64,000 nucleotides of DNA from contig JAJQDP010000019.1 in the NCBI GenBank assembly GCA_021202155.1, positions 51,084 through 115,083 of the forward strand. Reading direction: 5' to 3'. Every line of letters starts with the position of its first letter. Position 1 is the stretch's first letter. The position numbers and the translations under genes are program-made. The DNA is from Oscillospiraceae bacterium (GTDB lineage Bacteria; Bacillota; Clostridia; Oscillospirales; Ruminococcaceae). Positions 6,591-15,589 of the stretch are shown one piece after another. The notes beneath the pieces were generated by a model that worked only from the letters and a program-made list of their open reading frames with translations, had not been told where the DNA came from and made no database searches.

Positions 6591-9092
6591 TTGCTTCGCA
6601 AGAAACATCAGACACTTCTCATAGTCGCTATACTAACCATCTCCTTCGCGTTTGCAGTAATGATGATTAGTTACACCAGCAGTATTGCCGCGACGAATGC
6701 TGAATATCGCTCTGAGGTCTATGGCACTTGGTACGGCGCGATTCCGATTGGATATGAGGGCGACGTAGATTTCTTGGAGAGTACAGACGGTGTTGATGAA
6801 GTGGGTCTCTCCACATCTTACGGAGCAGTCAGGACAAGCAGTTCGAGCTACAGTATAGGAACTATTGATGAGAACTTTGCATCGATGGGTCCGTATCTTC
6901 TTGAAGGTCGGCTTCCCGAGACGAGCGGGGAGATAGCCATGGAAGCAAATCTTTTGTCTGCACTCGGCTGTGACTATACATTGGGGCAGGAAATAACCAT
7001 GTATGTCTATTTTGATTATGAGATAGATGGGTTCACATACTATGCTCCGGTTCAGTGCACATTCACCCTTACCGGAGTAATCAACAGCTATACTAATATA
7101 TGGGGATTAACTAATATCGACTTAAACAGTGCTGTAATTGTTTCCGAAGATGCTGAGGCTCTCATGGCTGATGCAACGGAAAAGGCTGATGCAGAGATGA
7201 ACGGTTCGGTTGCTTCCTACTTCTTTACGACATCATCTGATGCAGACATTGATGCCGTCAAAACCGCAGTCAACGCCTATCTGAAATCAACTCGTGATGT
7301 GACAACAGAGCAAAGTATAACGGTGAACTCCTCAATATCCGCGACCGAAGCGGAAGCTGACTACAACACCGTTTATGTCATGCTGATATTTGTAGTAGCT
7401 ATCATTGCCGTCGTCGTAATCTACATACTACAGATGCAGTCGGAAGTAAGAAGAATCGTTCGCATTCGCAGTCTCGGCGGAACCAAGGGGCAAGTAAGGC
7501 TTCTCATTGCAACTGAAACTCTCATGCTGACTATCCCGTCACTGATAATAGGCACACTTTTCGGTGCGTTCGGAATCTGGCTTCTTCTGAAATTAAGTGT
7601 ATTCTCCGGCTCAGTCAGCGTTGTAGTAAGCATACCTGTGCAGGTGCTTCTTATAGCGGCTCTTGCCTGGATTTTTGGGATTTTCTTCGTAAGGTTCGTG
7701 ACGATTCAGGTTGCACTTTCAACTCCTTTGACAGGCACAATGGGAATGCAGGTCGGGAAGAGGCGGTTCTATGCCAGATTTCAGAAGGCACTCATACTTC
7801 TTATGTCAACAGTATTCTGTGGGACAGTGATATTTACAGCTTTTGTTTTGCAGACCCCAACCAAGGTTTATTCGTATTTCAAAGAATCACGTGACTATAC
7901 TATCGGGTATAGCACGCCTAAGTCATTAAACAAAAATAGCAAGGTGACAGACATTACAACCGACAATGTAATAGACATTGCATCTGTTCCGGGAATAGAT
8001 TATGTGAGGGCTTTTTCAGACCTGGAGGCAGATTTGGCTATAGACGGTGAAAGTCAGGGGTCTGTAGCTCTGCTCGTGATAGATTCGTCGCAGGACTGGG
8101 CAGAGATGTTTGATATGTCAGATGTAGACCTTGAAGCGTTTGAAAACGGCGAGCAAATTCTGATTGTAACAAATGAGAACTTTCAGGTTATAGTCGACGG
8201 GGAGAAGGTTACAACTGACTTTGACTTACAGCTTGAAGCCGGGGATATAGTTTCGCTCTCAGCTATGACAGACGTGGTCACCACGGATGATGAGGGAAAT
8301 AACATCACTCAAACAGTGACAGCGTCAACAGTTGACGTTGAAATCGCAAAAATAACTTCCGCTCTGTCAAGCAATATGTTTGAATTTGTAACCAGTGCGA
8401 TTTATGAACCCTATGTCATTGTTTGCTCTCGTGCAACCGTTCAAAGACTTGTAGACCTGCTTCCGGAAGATATGAGCTGGAATTACTCTCTGTCGTCTTT
8501 ATTAAGATATGAGGCGGGCGACACAGTCGGCTTCAGAAGGCTCTATGCCTATGCAAACGAGACCGCCGGGTACATATCCACCGATAAGACGTTGGCAACT
8601 CTTGTGAAGATAGCCGGACTTGAAATCTGGCAGAACGAAAGGGAATACAACTCCTCAATAATGCAAAGCTACCTCCAGCAGATTATCATGTACAGTGTGA
8701 GCGGAGTTTGTATAGCGTTCGTAGTGATTATTATACTTTCAAGTACCATACGACTTGAAACCCAGCGGGAGAAGAAGCGGTATGGAATCCTGCAAGCACT
8801 CGGCATGTCCCGCAGACAGAGAAATCTCAGACTGATGGGAACTGCATTTGCGCGGTCAGTCATATCTGTTGCCCTTGGCTGGGGAGCATACAGGCTCTAT
8901 GATTTTATCATTAACTTAGGAACTGAAACAGCGGAGGGCACTACCGTTCTTGTGACCAAATCATATATGTCCGGAGCAACTCCAGTTATTCTGACTGCAA
9001 TACTGTTCGCAGTAGTCTTCGGAATCAGTTATGTTTCAAAGCTTGGGCTGAATAAGTATACTCTGATGGAAATGCTCCGCGAGGACAGATAA
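6555..9092 (+). CDS. ABC-transporter-type permease with two FtsX domains and two large extracytoplasmic domains (MacB/YbbP-like)
   Basis: The N-terminus LALQGLLRKKHQTL plus a TM segment is followed by an extracytoplasmic domain with GRLPETSGEIAMEANLLSALG. There are two FtsX-type TM bundles (IRSLGGTKGQVRLLIATE and GILQALGMSRRQRNLRL). Confidence 0.85.
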   Translation: MNKNIISLALQGLLRKKHQTLLIVAILTISFAFAVMMISYTSSIAATNAEYRSEVYGTWYGAIPIGYEGDVDFLESTDGVDEVGLSTSYGAVRTSSSSYSIGTIDENFASMGPYLLEGRLPETSGEIAMEANLLSALGCDYTLGQEITMYVYFDYEIDGFTYYAPVQCTFTLTGVINSYTNIWGLTNIDLNSAVIVSEDAEALMADATEKADAEMNGSVASYFFTTSSDADIDAVKTAVNAYLKSTRDVTTEQSITVNSSISATEAEADYNTVYVMLIFVVAIIAVVVIYILQMQSEVRRIVRIRSLGGTKGQVRLLIATETLMLTIPSLIIGTLFGAFGIWLLLKLSVFSGSVSVVVSIPVQVLLIAALAWIFGIFFVRFVTIQVALSTPLTGTMGMQVGKRRFYARFQKALILLMSTVFCGTVIFTAFVLQTPTKVYSYFKESRDYTIGYSTPKSLNKNSKVTDITTDNVIDIASVPGIDYVRAFSDLEADLAIDGESQGSVALLVIDSSQDWAEMFDMSDVDLEAFENGEQILIVTNENFQVIVDGEKVTTDFDLQLEAGDIVSLSAMTDVVTTDDEGNNITQTVTASTVDVEIAKITSALSSNMFEFVTSAIYEPYVIVCSRATVQRLVDLLPEDMSWNYSLSSLLRYEAGDTVGFRRLYAYANETAGYISTDKTLATLVKIAGLEIWQNEREYNSSIMQSYLQQIIMYSVSGVCIAFVVIIILSSTIRLETQREKKRYGILQALGMSRRQRNLRLMGTAFARSVISVALGWGAYRLYDFIINLGTETAEGTTVLVTKSYMSGATPVILTAILFAVVFGISYVSKLGLNKYTLMEMLREDR

Positions 9093-9116
9093 GTTTTTGC
9101 AATTCGTGAAAATTCC

Positions 9117-9145
9117 TTGACAAGAAAGCAAAAATATGGTATAAT
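9117..9145 (+). promoter_or_regulatory. sigma-A-type promoter of the second FtsX permease gene
   Basis: TTGACA, a 17-nt spacer and TATAAT, a perfect consensus. Confidence 0.65.
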
Positions 9146-9189
9146 CTTATTATTCTTTAATCAATTGGAATGAAAGGTGAGATAGGACC

Positions 9190-11643
9190 ATGTTCAAAAC
9201 AATATTCGGTCTTGCATTTCAAGGTTTATGGAGAAGGCGGAAGCAGACGCTTGTTATAGTTTCTGTCCTGACAATATCGCTCCTTGTAGCTGTATTGGTT
9301 ATAAGCTATTCCGGCAGTATAACCGCCACGAATGAAGCCTATCGCTACACTATCTATGGCAGTTGGTACGGCTCTATTCCCTCCACTCAAGATGGCGATT
9401 ACGAATTTCTCTCTTCTCAGGACTGGCTCGATTCCCTCGGGACGAGTACAAACTACGGAACGGTTTCAGACTATGGAATCGGAACCGTTGACGAGAATCT
9501 TGCCGATATGGGCATAACTCTGCTTGATGGCAGACTTCCCGAATCGAGTGGCGAAATAGCTGTTGAGGAAGCACTTCTGAGTGCCTTGGGTTATGACCCT
9601 GTCGTCGGGCAGACAATTTCAATGAACGTGGTATTACATCGGGATGAAATCAAAGGGAACAATATAAGCATTGTCAAAACGTTCACGGTAACCGGCATCA
9701 TCTCCAACTATTCAAATCTCTGGCTAACTTCAACGCTATGCACACTGAACAGTGCAATTATAACGGAGGAGGATGCCCAGTCTCTATATGCTCAAGCCGA
9801 GCAATTCGCCTCCCGGAGAAATATTTCATTGTCGAACCCGTCGGTCTCTTACTATTTCACTGTCAAGGACGGCTGTGAGGACATAATGAAGGAAAGCGTG
9901 AACGCCTATCTTCGGGAAACAAGAAACAGTACCTTAGCCAGCGAAAATTCAGTTCTGACAAACACTCTGGCATATTCTCATAATGCCTCTGAAGCCAGCT
10001 ATAATTCTTTCTATATTGCACTCATATTTGCTGTTTCATTGCTTGCAGTCATCGTAATATATACACTCCAGTTTCAGCCGGAAGTTCAGAGGATTGTGAG
10101 GTTCAGAAGCTTAGGCGCAACAAAAGGACAAGTAAGGACACTTATCTTCACTGAAACAATGCTTTGTTGCGTCCCATCGCTGGTTCTCGGAACGGCTTTG
10201 GGAGCCATAGGAATAGTGATTCTTCTCAAACTCAGCGTATACACAGGTTCGGTTTCAATAGTCGTGAACATTCCGTGGTCAGCTCTATTGCCTGCAGTTT
10301 TCGTGTGGATATTGGGTATTTTAGCAATCAGAGCTGTAACAATTCAAATAGCCCTTGCAACTCCACTCACAGGCAAAATGGGCATGACCGCCAAGAGGAG
10401 ACGGCTTTCACAGAGGTTTCAAAAAATTCTTATCTTCGCAATGTCTGCGTCACTCTGCATTGCCGTTCTGTTCACATCTCTTAATTCCCTTTCAGCAATA
10501 TATTATTATAATACATGGAACAATAATTATGATTATTCGATTAAGGATATGTCGCTCAATAATGAAGGAATTTCGGACAGCGATATTGAAACTCTGAGCT
10601 CTGTTTTCGGCATTGACGATATTTTGGGCAAGACTATATTATACGCAAATGTATCCACCGAAACAGGCGACAACATTTCTGCAACGCTGTACGTAATAGA
10701 CGGCACTGCCGACTGGTCGCATGCATTTAACTTTTCCAAAGTAGATGTTGAGGACTTTGAAGATGGCAACAGCGTCATAGTCACGTTTGCTTCAAAGAGT
10801 GATGAAAACGTCGCCGGATTGAGTGATAAGGTAACTGTGAGCTATCAGAATATATCTGTGAGCGCGAATATTGCTTCCACTCAGATAACAGACATAATGG
10901 ACTATCTTGATTACGGAATGCCAGCCGTTTACTCCGGCGGATGTGGAATTGTCTGCTCAAGAGCATTTCTTCAGAAGATGGTGGATTCTCTTTCTGAAAA
11001 CGCCACCATCAGTACGTCGCAAAATTCCTATAAATCAGGCGATGAAGTGTTGAACTTTGAGAGTGCAGTCGGCTTCGCTAGTAGCAGTACCGCCGACGCT
11101 TCGACCGATAAGACGTTGATTTCAAAAGCTTCAAAGCTTGCATTGAGCGTTGTTGATAACAATCGTGCCGCCAATGATTCCCGCGCTCAAGACTATCTCC
11201 AGACGATAATTATGCTCTATGTCAGCGGAATCTGCATATCTGTCATAGTCCTCATCATCCTATTCAGCACCATCAAGCTCGAAACTCAGCGTGAAAAGAA
11301 GAGATACGGCATCCTTCAGGCGTTGGGTATGTCCCGCAGGCAGCGGAACCGTGAGCTCTTGCGGACGGCGTTTGTGAGGTCTGTCGTGGCGGTGGCGGTC
11401 GGTTGGGGAGCATACCTCGGGTCGGTTATAATCAGAAATCTTGACTCAATCAGAGAAGAAGGCGCAACGGTTCTGAGCGTCCTTTCAAGCTACATGAGCG
11501 ACCTCACCACCCGGTTCATACCATCATGGGCGATGATTCTTATGACAGCGGCGATGTTCGTGGCTGTGCTTCTGATATGCTACGTTTCAAAGTTAGGGCT
11601 CAACAAGTACAGCCTTATGGAAATGCTTCGCGAGGACAGATAA
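9190..11643 (+). CDS. paralogous double-FtsX ABC-type permease
   Basis: Same architecture as 6555..9092 with shared motifs (GRLPESSGEIAVEEALLSALG, FRSLGATKGQVRTLIFTE, KKRYGILQALGMSRRQRN). The C-termini are near-identical: KLGLNKYSLMEMLREDR here and KLGLNKYTLMEMLREDR in the first gene. Confidence 0.85.
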   Translation: MFKTIFGLAFQGLWRRRKQTLVIVSVLTISLLVAVLVISYSGSITATNEAYRYTIYGSWYGSIPSTQDGDYEFLSSQDWLDSLGTSTNYGTVSDYGIGTVDENLADMGITLLDGRLPESSGEIAVEEALLSALGYDPVVGQTISMNVVLHRDEIKGNNISIVKTFTVTGIISNYSNLWLTSTLCTLNSAIITEEDAQSLYAQAEQFASRRNISLSNPSVSYYFTVKDGCEDIMKESVNAYLRETRNSTLASENSVLTNTLAYSHNASEASYNSFYIALIFAVSLLAVIVIYTLQFQPEVQRIVRFRSLGATKGQVRTLIFTETMLCCVPSLVLGTALGAIGIVILLKLSVYTGSVSIVVNIPWSALLPAVFVWILGILAIRAVTIQIALATPLTGKMGMTAKRRRLSQRFQKILIFAMSASLCIAVLFTSLNSLSAIYYYNTWNNNYDYSIKDMSLNNEGISDSDIETLSSVFGIDDILGKTILYANVSTETGDNISATLYVIDGTADWSHAFNFSKVDVEDFEDGNSVIVTFASKSDENVAGLSDKVTVSYQNISVSANIASTQITDIMDYLDYGMPAVYSGGCGIVCSRAFLQKMVDSLSENATISTSQNSYKSGDEVLNFESAVGFASSSTADASTDKTLISKASKLALSVVDNNRAANDSRAQDYLQTIIMLYVSGICISVIVLIILFSTIKLETQREKKRYGILQALGMSRRQRNRELLRTAFVRSVVAVAVGWGAYLGSVIIRNLDSIREEGATVLSVLSSYMSDLTTRFIPSWAMILMTAAMFVAVLLICYVSKLGLNKYSLMEMLREDR

Positions 11644-11646
11644 TAT

Positions 11647-11680
11647 AAAAAATCCCGCCCACAACAGGACGGGATTAATT
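11647..11680. terminator. bidirectional terminator hairpin between convergent genes
   Basis: aatcccg-N12-cgggatt flanked by A/T runs. Confidence 0.55.
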
Positions 11681-11683
11681 ATA

Positions 11684-12943
11684 TCAGCTCAGTCTGACCA
11701 GCTTGACTCCATGCGGCTCTACAACTCCCGAAACGGCGGCGTCAATATCCTCCGTTGTCTTCTCCCAGATGTCATAAGCTCTCGTTGCGCTTATGCCGAC
11801 TTCTTCGAGGTTAACGTTGATTTCTACCGGTTTCTCGCCGGCGTTGAAGAGGGCGAGGTAACTGCCGTTTCCGTCAACTCTTGGCGCGAACCAGGTTATC
11901 GTCTCACAGCCGTCAACAGCCTTCCTTTCGAGCATGTGTGCGCAGAAGGTCGTCTTCTCGATTTCAAGGAGCTCGCGGTTAGTGACCAGCGAGAGGGTGA
12001 AGTCGTCGAAGCCGTTCATCTCGCCGCCAATCATCAGGGGAGAGCGCACCATGCACCAGAGCGACATCATTGTCTTTTGCTCATCGCGGGTGAAGTTTGT
12101 GCGGTTGTCCTTTGAATAGACCTGATTTATGGGACCGATCGGCAACATGTCGCAGTCGGGGAAGTGCCCGGGACCTGCGTGGTTGCACCAGGCTTCCGCA
12201 CGCTCAAACATCGCGTAGAGTAGCTCCCACTTGTCCCAGAAGTCGTCGGTGATGCGCCACATGTTGGCGTATTTTTTCAGAAACTCCGCCTGCGAGACCT
12301 TCGCAGGACCGGGCGAAAGGCTCAGAACCATCTCCCGACCGCTATTTTTGATAGCCTCCGCGATGAGCTTAATCTCGCCCTCGTTGTCGTTATTGCGGCA
12401 GATGTCGTCGACCTTGACGAAGTCGACACCCCACTCGGCATAGAGCATGAAAATGCTGTTGTAGTAGTCCTTGGCACCCTTGCAGTTATAATTCAGCCCG
12501 TACATGTCCGGATTCCACTCGCAGACGTCGTTGAATTCTGCGACCTGCCGTGCGGTGAACTCGCTCCCCATAACCGGGCAGTTCTCGTGAACCGCCTGCC
12601 GCGGGATTCCTCTCATAATATGGATTCCGAACTTAAGCCCAAGCCCATGGACATAATCCGCCAGCGGCTTGAAGCCCTTTCCGCCCTCTGCGGAAGGGAA
12701 CCGGTTCTCCGCCGGCATCAGTCTTCCGTACTCATCCATCGTAAGCTCCGCAAACGGCAGATATTCATGCGTCCTGACCGTCGGCTGATACCATTCAATA
12801 TCGACCACGACATACTCCCAGCCATATTCCTTCAGGTTCTTCGCCATATAGTCGGCGTTCGCCCGAACAGTCTTCTCATCCACCGCCGCGCCGTAACAGT
12901 CCCAACTGTTCCAGCCCATCGGCGGGTATTTCGCAGTAATCAT
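11684..12943 (-). CDS. glycoside hydrolase family 27-like alpha-galactosidase
   Basis: GGAGGA RBS. The N-terminus PPMGWNSWDCYGAAVDEKTV, then GWEYVVVDIEWY and VDFVKVDD, follow the GH27 (beta/alpha)8 catalytic pattern. Confidence 0.8.
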   Translation of the reverse strand: MITAKYPPMGWNSWDCYGAAVDEKTVRANADYMAKNLKEYGWEYVVVDIEWYQPTVRTHEYLPFAELTMDEYGRLMPAENRFPSAEGGKGFKPLADYVHGLGLKFGIHIMRGIPRQAVHENCPVMGSEFTARQVAEFNDVCEWNPDMYGLNYNCKGAKDYYNSIFMLYAEWGVDFVKVDDICRNNDNEGEIKLIAEAIKNSGREMVLSLSPGPAKVSQAEFLKKYANMWRITDDFWDKWELLYAMFERAEAWCNHAGPGHFPDCDMLPIGPINQVYSKDNRTNFTRDEQKTMMSLWCMVRSPLMIGGEMNGFDDFTLSLVTNRELLEIEKTTFCAHMLERKAVDGCETITWFAPRVDGNGSYLALFNAGEKPVEINVNLEEVGISATRAYDIWEKTTEDIDAAVSGVVEPHGVKLVRLS

Positions 12944-13061
12944 AACATTCCTCCAAGCAAAAAAATTTACTATCAGCCATTATAAACGATTTCCCCGTGC
13001 ATTGCAAGCCGTCCTCTTTAATCATGCCGAAAAATTTTTTGAAATATTTTTTAAAAACCTC

Positions 13062-13090
13062 TTGACAACTCCCCACAATGGGGATATAAT
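13062..13090 (+). promoter_or_regulatory. sigma-A-type promoter
   Basis: TTGACA, a 17-nt spacer and TATAAT, preceded by an A/T-rich UP-like tract. Confidence 0.65.
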
Positions 13091-13096
13091 ATAAGC

Positions 13097-13312
13097 GTGG
13101 TTGGAAGGGCTTATAAAGTCTATACCACAAATTTCATTGCGGGGGGGTACTACCTCCGGTGGGTGAATTTTTCAGGGAATTTCTTCCTGAAAGGTGAGCC
13201 CAAAGGTGCGATGTACCCATACCAAACCTCCGACACTATTATTAAAATGTGCATCGGAGGATTCCTTATATCTATATTTTCCTCCTTTGCAAAATCTAAG
13301 GAGGAATTTTTT
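13097..13312 (+). promoter_or_regulatory. ~215-nt structured 5' leader with an SD-sequestering hairpin (unclassified riboswitch or attenuator candidate)
   Basis: Three mutually exclusive helices are visible: cctccga/tcggagg (13227-33 with 13254-60), ggagga/tcctcc (13256-61 with 13280-85), and ttcctcctt/aaggaggaa (13279-87 with 13298-306). The last one buries the SD. Confidence 0.45.
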
Positions 13313-15427
13313 ATGGCAAAAAGGCTTTTGTGCGTTGTCCTGAGCCTGCTCATGATAATGGCAGTTTTGCCGACGGGGGTCATTGCCGAAGCCGATGTGG
13401 GTGAGGCAAACTCAGTAGATGAAGGTATCTCTCTTACTGCCGATGAAACAACTTATGTTGCAACGATTACGGATACAGGTGTATCTTATGAAACTCTTTC
13501 ATCTGCAATATCAGCCGCAGAATCTGGTCAGACTGTTAAATTGTTAACTGATGTAACCGGTACTATAACGATAGCAAGTGATGACGATATAATCCTCGAC
13601 CTTGCAGGTTGTACTTTGACTGTGTCAACTGCAGGAAAAGTAATTACGGTTAATGGAAAACTTACTTTGGAAGATAGTAGTTCCGATGGGTCTGGAAAAA
13701 TTACAAATGGAAGCACATATGGTGCTGTGTATGTCTATTCTGCCGCTACTTTTATTATGAATGGAGGAACAATAACTGATAGTTCTTCTGGCTATGGAGT
13801 TTACGTTGGTGGAACTAGCACATTTACTATGAATGGTGGCATAATTTCCGGGTGTAGAGTCGGTGTATATGTAAGGGGAACATCAGATACTAATAGAGCT
13901 ACTTTTATTATGTATGGTGGTTCTATAACAGATAACAAAAATTCAACTTCTACTAGTGGCTCGGCATCTGGTGTATACTTGACTAATGCCAATTTTACGA
14001 TGAATGCTGGAAGTATTTCAAATAATACTATCAGTAAAACTTCAGGAGGCGGAGTCAGTGTCACTACTAATGCCACATTTACTATGAATGGCGGCACTAT
14101 TTCAAATAATATTGCGCAAAATGGAGCTGGCGTCTTTCTTAGTGCATCCGGTAGTGTGTTTAATATGAATGGCGGCTCTATTACCGGAAATGAGGCTTCT
14201 AAAACAAGTTCATCCCGTTATGGCGGCGGTGTTTATCTTAAACTTGGAGAATTTACAATGACTGGTGGCGCAATCTATGGCAATGCCGCATCTGATGCTG
14301 GTGCAGATATTTATGTTGTTAATGGTAAGACTGCAACTTTAATAGTCGCAGATTCAATGGTTGCTGAAGGAAAGAGTTTCACAGGCTACAAATGGTACAC
14401 AGATGCATCTGGCAGCAGGTATAGCGAATCAAACGCCAATGTGTACTCAGTTACGTCTGGAACTGCAATAGACACATCATCTGTAGTTGCTCTGATTGCC
14501 GCGAAACCTACGGAAGAGGTTATTCCCACCCTTTACAGCCGCTCTTTGAGCCTCGGCACTAAGATTAGCATTAATTATAATTTCGACTTTACTGGAGTAG
14601 ATGATCAGTCAAGTTACACTGTCAAGTATTCAGTAGGTGATAGTACTACAACTTATGATGCTGAATGCTGGGGTACTAAGGAGAGTGGAGACACTACATA
14701 CTATGTTGCAACATGTAATGTGTACTTCTATCAGATGGCACAGAATATTACACTATATCTCTGTGATTCAAATGGTAATACTGTTGCCCAATATAGCGGT
14801 GGTTCAATCAGGTCGTACTATGATGCTGTAGCTAAAAATTCTGGCAGTTATTCTGCTACACTGATTAATCTTCTTAAAGCTATGCTGAATTATGGCGGCT
14901 ATGGTCAGGCTTACGTCGAAGCAGCAAGCCTTGTTGCAGACACAGGAGCATTAGCAAACAGCAGTATCGAGGATAGCTATATTTCTGGTACTGATTATAT
15001 TGATTCCAAGTATGCTCCTGATGTTGATAGTTCCAGTACAGCTAGTTTAAGTGGTCTACTTGTTATTAGTTCTACCGAGTCATGCAAGATCAAGTTCACC
15101 ATAAAATCATTTCCGACTGATGTTAGTGTCAGCGATATTGCCGTGACAATCGACGGAGTGGACGCTACAATAACGACTGCAGATGATGGCACTTCTTATG
15201 TAGTTAGTGATGAGATACTTGTCCAGAATTGGGATGAGCCGGTTACAATCAAAATTACAGCCAAGGATGATAGCAGTACTGTTTACTATTCTGCAGACTA
15301 TAGCGTATTGAGTTATGCATATTTGGTTCTACATGGCGATAACTCTTCAACCTATTCAGATGAACTTAAAAATCTTGTCTGGGCTATGTACAATTACAAT
15401 GCAGCCGCAGATGCTTATAATGGTTAA
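13313..15427 (+). CDS. secreted parallel beta-helix repeat protein (pectate-lyase-fold-like), function unknown
   Basis: AAGGAGGA RBS at an internal ATG. Signal peptide MAKRLLCVVLSLLMIMAVLPTGVIAEA. At least 7 repeats of the type ATFTMNGGTISNN..GGGV(Y/S)V. Confidence 0.8.
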   Translation: MAKRLLCVVLSLLMIMAVLPTGVIAEADVGEANSVDEGISLTADETTYVATITDTGVSYETLSSAISAAESGQTVKLLTDVTGTITIASDDDIILDLAGCTLTVSTAGKVITVNGKLTLEDSSSDGSGKITNGSTYGAVYVYSAATFIMNGGTITDSSSGYGVYVGGTSTFTMNGGIISGCRVGVYVRGTSDTNRATFIMYGGSITDNKNSTSTSGSASGVYLTNANFTMNAGSISNNTISKTSGGGVSVTTNATFTMNGGTISNNIAQNGAGVFLSASGSVFNMNGGSITGNEASKTSSSRYGGGVYLKLGEFTMTGGAIYGNAASDAGADIYVVNGKTATLIVADSMVAEGKSFTGYKWYTDASGSRYSESNANVYSVTSGTAIDTSSVVALIAAKPTEEVIPTLYSRSLSLGTKISINYNFDFTGVDDQSSYTVKYSVGDSTTTYDAECWGTKESGDTTYYVATCNVYFYQMAQNITLYLCDSNGNTVAQYSGGSIRSYYDAVAKNSGSYSATLINLLKAMLNYGGYGQAYVEAASLVADTGALANSSIEDSYISGTDYIDSKYAPDVDSSSTASLSGLLVISSTESCKIKFTIKSFPTDVSVSDIAVTIDGVDATITTADDGTSYVVSDEILVQNWDEPVTIKITAKDDSSTVYYSADYSVLSYAYLVLHGDNSSTYSDELKNLVWAMYNYNAAADAYNG

Positions 15428-15447
15428 TCATGAAAGGAGTTTTTGAA

Positions 15448-15582
15448 ATGAAAACTTATGAAGAACATGAAATGGCAGTAATCTCTTTTTCGACAGGCAG
15501 TGTTTTCAATGACGTCGTTGCATCTCAAATCGAATTACCAGATGTAGGTTTTGGAAGCAAAAAGGAGTATAGCGATTCATAA
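15448..15582 (+). CDS. 44-codon ORF (hypothetical small protein, below the ORF-track cutoff)
   Basis: AAAGGAG lies 7 nt upstream of the ATG. Translation is MKTYEEHEMAVISFSTGSVFNDVVASQIELPDVGFGSKKEYSDS. A terminator follows directly. Confidence 0.4.
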   Translation: MKTYEEHEMAVISFSTGSVFNDVVASQIELPDVGFGSKKEYSDS

Positions 15583-15589
15583 TCCCATC

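Noticed and set aside
13097-13312. Calling the leader a c-di-GMP (GEMM-I/II) or other known riboswitch
   Set aside because: I could not find the conserved GEMM-I or GEMM-II elements, or core motifs of the other classes I can recall (TPP, SAM, purine, preQ1, guanidine, ZTP). Only the expression-platform logic is visible, so the class is left open.
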